The translations under genes and the position numbers were made by a program. The notes below the pieces were generated by a model. The model did no database searches, was not told the DNA's origin, and saw only the letters and a program-made list of their open reading frames with translations. From a virus, in the IMG/VR virus record IMGVR_UViG_3300037461_000986, positions 1-64,000 of that record: a DNA stretch of 64,000 bases, one strand, 5' to 3'. Of the stretch, positions 61,945 to 64,000 are shown in pieces (the first letter of the stretch is position 1; every line of letters begins with the position of its first letter).

Positions 61945-63549
61945 CTATAGCAGATAGCCGCCGCTCTCCGCGCCCACATTGAGACGGATCTCATCTTCAC
62001 CGCCGGTCGCCCAGGCGTCAAGGAAGTACCGCCTTGCGGCGTCGAGCGCCTGGCTGAAGGTATCCACTAGGTCGTCGTGCTTGCCGAACGGGAAGTCCAG
62101 CAACTCGCTCACGAGGTCGCCGCGGCCGGGCATCCAGGCCGGGTCGTCACTGTTGAGCGTTCTCGAAAAGATGACCTCGCCGCGCTCCATGAGGGGCGTC
62201 ACCGCGATGAGGCGCTGCGCCTTGCTTACGCGCGGCTTCGTCACCTCGATGATGCCGGCCAGGGCGGGCTCAATATTGAGCACCCACTCGTCCAGTGAGG
62301 CCTGCCCTACCTTCTCGATGAGCACGCGCAGCGGGTTGTACTTCCGGTGTTCCTTGATGACCTGCTGGGCCATGACGTTTAGCGTCAGGCGCGCGGCCCA
62401 GCTATCGATGACGTACACGCGGCGGGCATCGGCATCTACCGCGATCGTGCAGCTCGCAGAGTAATCCTGGTCGGCGTTGCCCGTCGGCGAGCCCGCCGTG
62501 TCGTAGCTCGTAAAGAACACGAGGTGGCCGCCGGCCAGGCGGTCGGCAAAGATCGGGTCGCGCGCGAGGTCGGAGAACTTGATCCAGCGATCGCGCACGA
62601 TCGCCGAGTCCTCATCGACGGGGTTATTACGGAAGCCCCGGTTGAACTCGATGGACTGGATCTCCTGATAGCGCGCGCGCAGGTTCGCCTCGCTCCACTT
62701 CTCCGGCCACATGGCGCCGAAGGCGTGGTCGATGGCGTAGAAGTAGGTCGCAAACGCAGGGTTGACCATGAGCTGGTGCGAGAGGTCGTCCTTGTGCCAG
62801 AGCGTACAGATGTACCAGATGCGCGAGTCGGGCTCGAGCAAGTTCGTCCAGTCGCTCTTCCATGCCTGCTTGATCTGCTCGCGCAGCGCCGGGAAGGACA
62901 GGGCGTTGCGGCGGTCCACGGCGTCGTCCGCGATGAGCAGGTCCGCACGGCCGCCCGTAGCCGTCGAGGTAATACCGAGCGCCTCGATGCTGGCATCCCT
63001 ATGGAACGCGCTACGCTCGACGATGATCTTGTGCTTCGACCACTCGCCCCGCTCCGCCTGCACGAGGCGCGGAAAGACCTCGCGGATGCGCGGGTTGTAC
63101 TCCAAGTGCTGCACCACCTCGAAGAGCCGCTCCTTCGCGCGGCCATCGCTCGCGCACGCTATCTTGATGCGCAGGTTCGGGTCGCGCCCGAGCTCCCAGA
63201 GCGCGCGCCCAATAATCTGCGACGTCTTGCCGTGGTCGCGCGGCGCGATAATGAGCACGCGGCCGCCCGTATCCATGGCCGTGCTCCACTCATCGTGGAA
63301 CCACTGCTGGGCGAACGGCCGCCCCGTATGCGAGTCCATGAAGCAATACTGCATGAAGGTCGGGAAGTGCTCGCGCGCGCGCCGCCGATGTACCTCTTGC
63401 AGGGCACTGAGCCGCAGGCGTAACTCTTCCGCGCTGGCCTCGGGCGTGCGCATGTTCGCCGGCCCGATCATCTCGTCGAGATAAACGAGGTGCTCCTGCG
63501 GCGGTCGGTAGCGCGCATCAAGATGCCCGATCTGATCGAATGCGTTCAT
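61945..63549 (-). CDS. terL: terminase large subunit
   Basis: 534 aa. Walker A-like IIAPRDHGKTS and Walker B-like DLLIADD. The nuclease half has FFTSYDTAGS and the C-terminal GKHDDLVDTFSQAL typical of terminase large subunits. Confidence 0.9.
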   Translation of the reverse strand: MNAFDQIGHLDARYRPPQEHLVYLDEMIGPANMRTPEASAEELRLRLSALQEVHRRRAREHFPTFMQYCFMDSHTGRPFAQQWFHDEWSTAMDTGGRVLIIAPRDHGKTSQIIGRALWELGRDPNLRIKIACASDGRAKERLFEVVQHLEYNPRIREVFPRLVQAERGEWSKHKIIVERSAFHRDASIEALGITSTATGGRADLLIADDAVDRRNALSFPALREQIKQAWKSDWTNLLEPDSRIWYICTLWHKDDLSHQLMVNPAFATYFYAIDHAFGAMWPEKWSEANLRARYQEIQSIEFNRGFRNNPVDEDSAIVRDRWIKFSDLARDPIFADRLAGGHLVFFTSYDTAGSPTGNADQDYSASCTIAVDADARRVYVIDSWAARLTLNVMAQQVIKEHRKYNPLRVLIEKVGQASLDEWVLNIEPALAGIIEVTKPRVSKAQRLIAVTPLMERGEVIFSRTLNSDDPAWMPGRGDLVSELLDFPFGKHDDLVDTFSQALDAARRYFLDAWATGGEDEIRLNVGAESGGYLL

Positions 63550-63612
63550 CCAGTCCTATGCGTATAAAAAGGGCGGTTTGAAAGTCTCAGCCCGGCGATC
63601 GGGGAGACAAAA

Positions 63613-63649
63613 GTGAATAGCCCGTGAATATTGCATGCGCTTGTGAATA
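63613..63649. repeat. three direct copies of GTGAATA around a GCATGC palindrome
   Basis: GTGAATA occurs at 63613, 63624 and 63643. GCATGC is at 63634-63639. The region is noncoding and lies 65-100 bp upstream of the terL start. Confidence 0.5.
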
Positions 63650-63660
63650 GATTGGCCTCA

Positions 63661-63880
63661 CTAATCCTCATGCTGTCTCACTACTTTCACCTTTGCTCAC
63701 TCTTGTTCAAGTTCGTCCCTAATTGCTCAGGTTTGCTCAAGTTCGTCCCTATTTGCTCAGGTTCGTCCCTGTTCGTCCCTGTTTGCTCAAGATTGCTCAA
63801 GATTGCTCAAGATTGCTCACTCTTGCTTACCCTCGTCCCTAGTTGCTCACCCTCGTCCAGTGTCGCTCACCTTCGTCCAC
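63661..63880. repeat. array of 22 perfectly phased 10-bp units (two interleaved motif classes), noncoding
   Basis: Units start at every xxxx1 coordinate. TTGCTCA-type units: 9 exact (63691, 63721, 63731, 63751, 63781, 63791, 63801, 63811, 63841) and 3 variants (63701, 63821, 63861). TCGTCC-type units: GTTCGTCCCT x4 (63711, 63741, 63761, 63771) and 3 variants (63831, 63851, 63871). Three degenerate units sit at the left end. Confidence 0.9.
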
Positions 63881-63885
63881 TAACC

Positions 63886-64000
63886 TCAGTCGTCCTGCGC
63901 GCGCCGCGCCGCCCCGGCACTTGTATCGCGCGTGCGCGCATGCGGCGGGGTAGTGCCCGTCCGCGCGAACTCCATCAGCTCCTCGTTACTCCAGCCCCGG
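63886..64000 (-). CDS. C-terminal 37 codons of an upstream ORF (function unknown; 5' end beyond the window)
   Basis: My translation is ..RGWSNEELMEFARTGTTPPHARTRDTSAGAARRAQDD*, with mostly GC-rich third positions and a TGA at 63886-63888. It is too short to assign a function. Confidence 0.35.
   Translation of the reverse strand, partial: RGWSNEELMEFARTGTTPPHARTRDTSAGAARRAQDD

Noticed and set aside
63661-63880. The repeat array as a possible CRISPR array.
   Set aside because: The units are only 10 bp, contiguous and without spacers. No cas genes or leader-like organisation are present.
1-64000. tRNA, rRNA, integrase, att sites, lysis cassette and IS elements.
   Set aside because: Intergenic space is below about 60 nt everywhere except 46114-46220 (terminator) and 63550-63885 (repeats). 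Neither folds as a tRNA by eye. No recombinase, holin, endolysin or transposase motifs were seen among the minus-strand proteins. Prophage status therefore cannot be established from this window.

Overview
The window is one continuous late structural operon of a contractile-tailed (myovirus-like) phage or prophage from a high-GC host. GC is roughly two-thirds by eye. All credible genes (about 55) lie on the minus strand, so transcription runs from 64000 to 1. They are tightly packed, with many ATGA, GTGA or TGATG stop/start overlaps. Read right to left, the order is: a truncated upstream ORF; a 220-bp array of phased 10-bp repeats; the large terminase; five small ORFs; portal; small ORFs including a RyR-domain protein and an HExxH membrane protein; a 1372-aa MuF-type head protein with a 165-aa mini-intein and a C-terminal HExxH module; scaffold-like proteins flanking an XkdF-type protease; and an HK97-fold major capsid protein. 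Next comes a ~23-kb cluster of fibre, tailspike and lectin-like genes. It holds a 3407-aa multi-beta-helix protein, a 1340-aa M14 carboxypeptidase-Kelch-ConA-like protein, a 966-aa beta-helix fibre and LamG proteins. After it come the neck/adaptor genes, sheath, tube, a chaperone with a predicted -1 frameshift, the tape measure, a CIS-tube-like protein, LysM tail-X, gpD-like, the gpV spike, a helical Cys-rich protein, gpW, gpJ, and a second fibre/lectin block that runs off the left edge. No rRNA, tRNA, CRISPR, integrase, lysis or replication genes are visible, so phage versus prophage cannot be decided from this window. The long plus-strand ORFs in the track are antisense artefacts of the high GC. 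All functional calls rest on motif and synteny recognition by eye. No HMM, BLAST or structure search was run. I re-derived start codons where the track's N-termini overlap the upstream gene.
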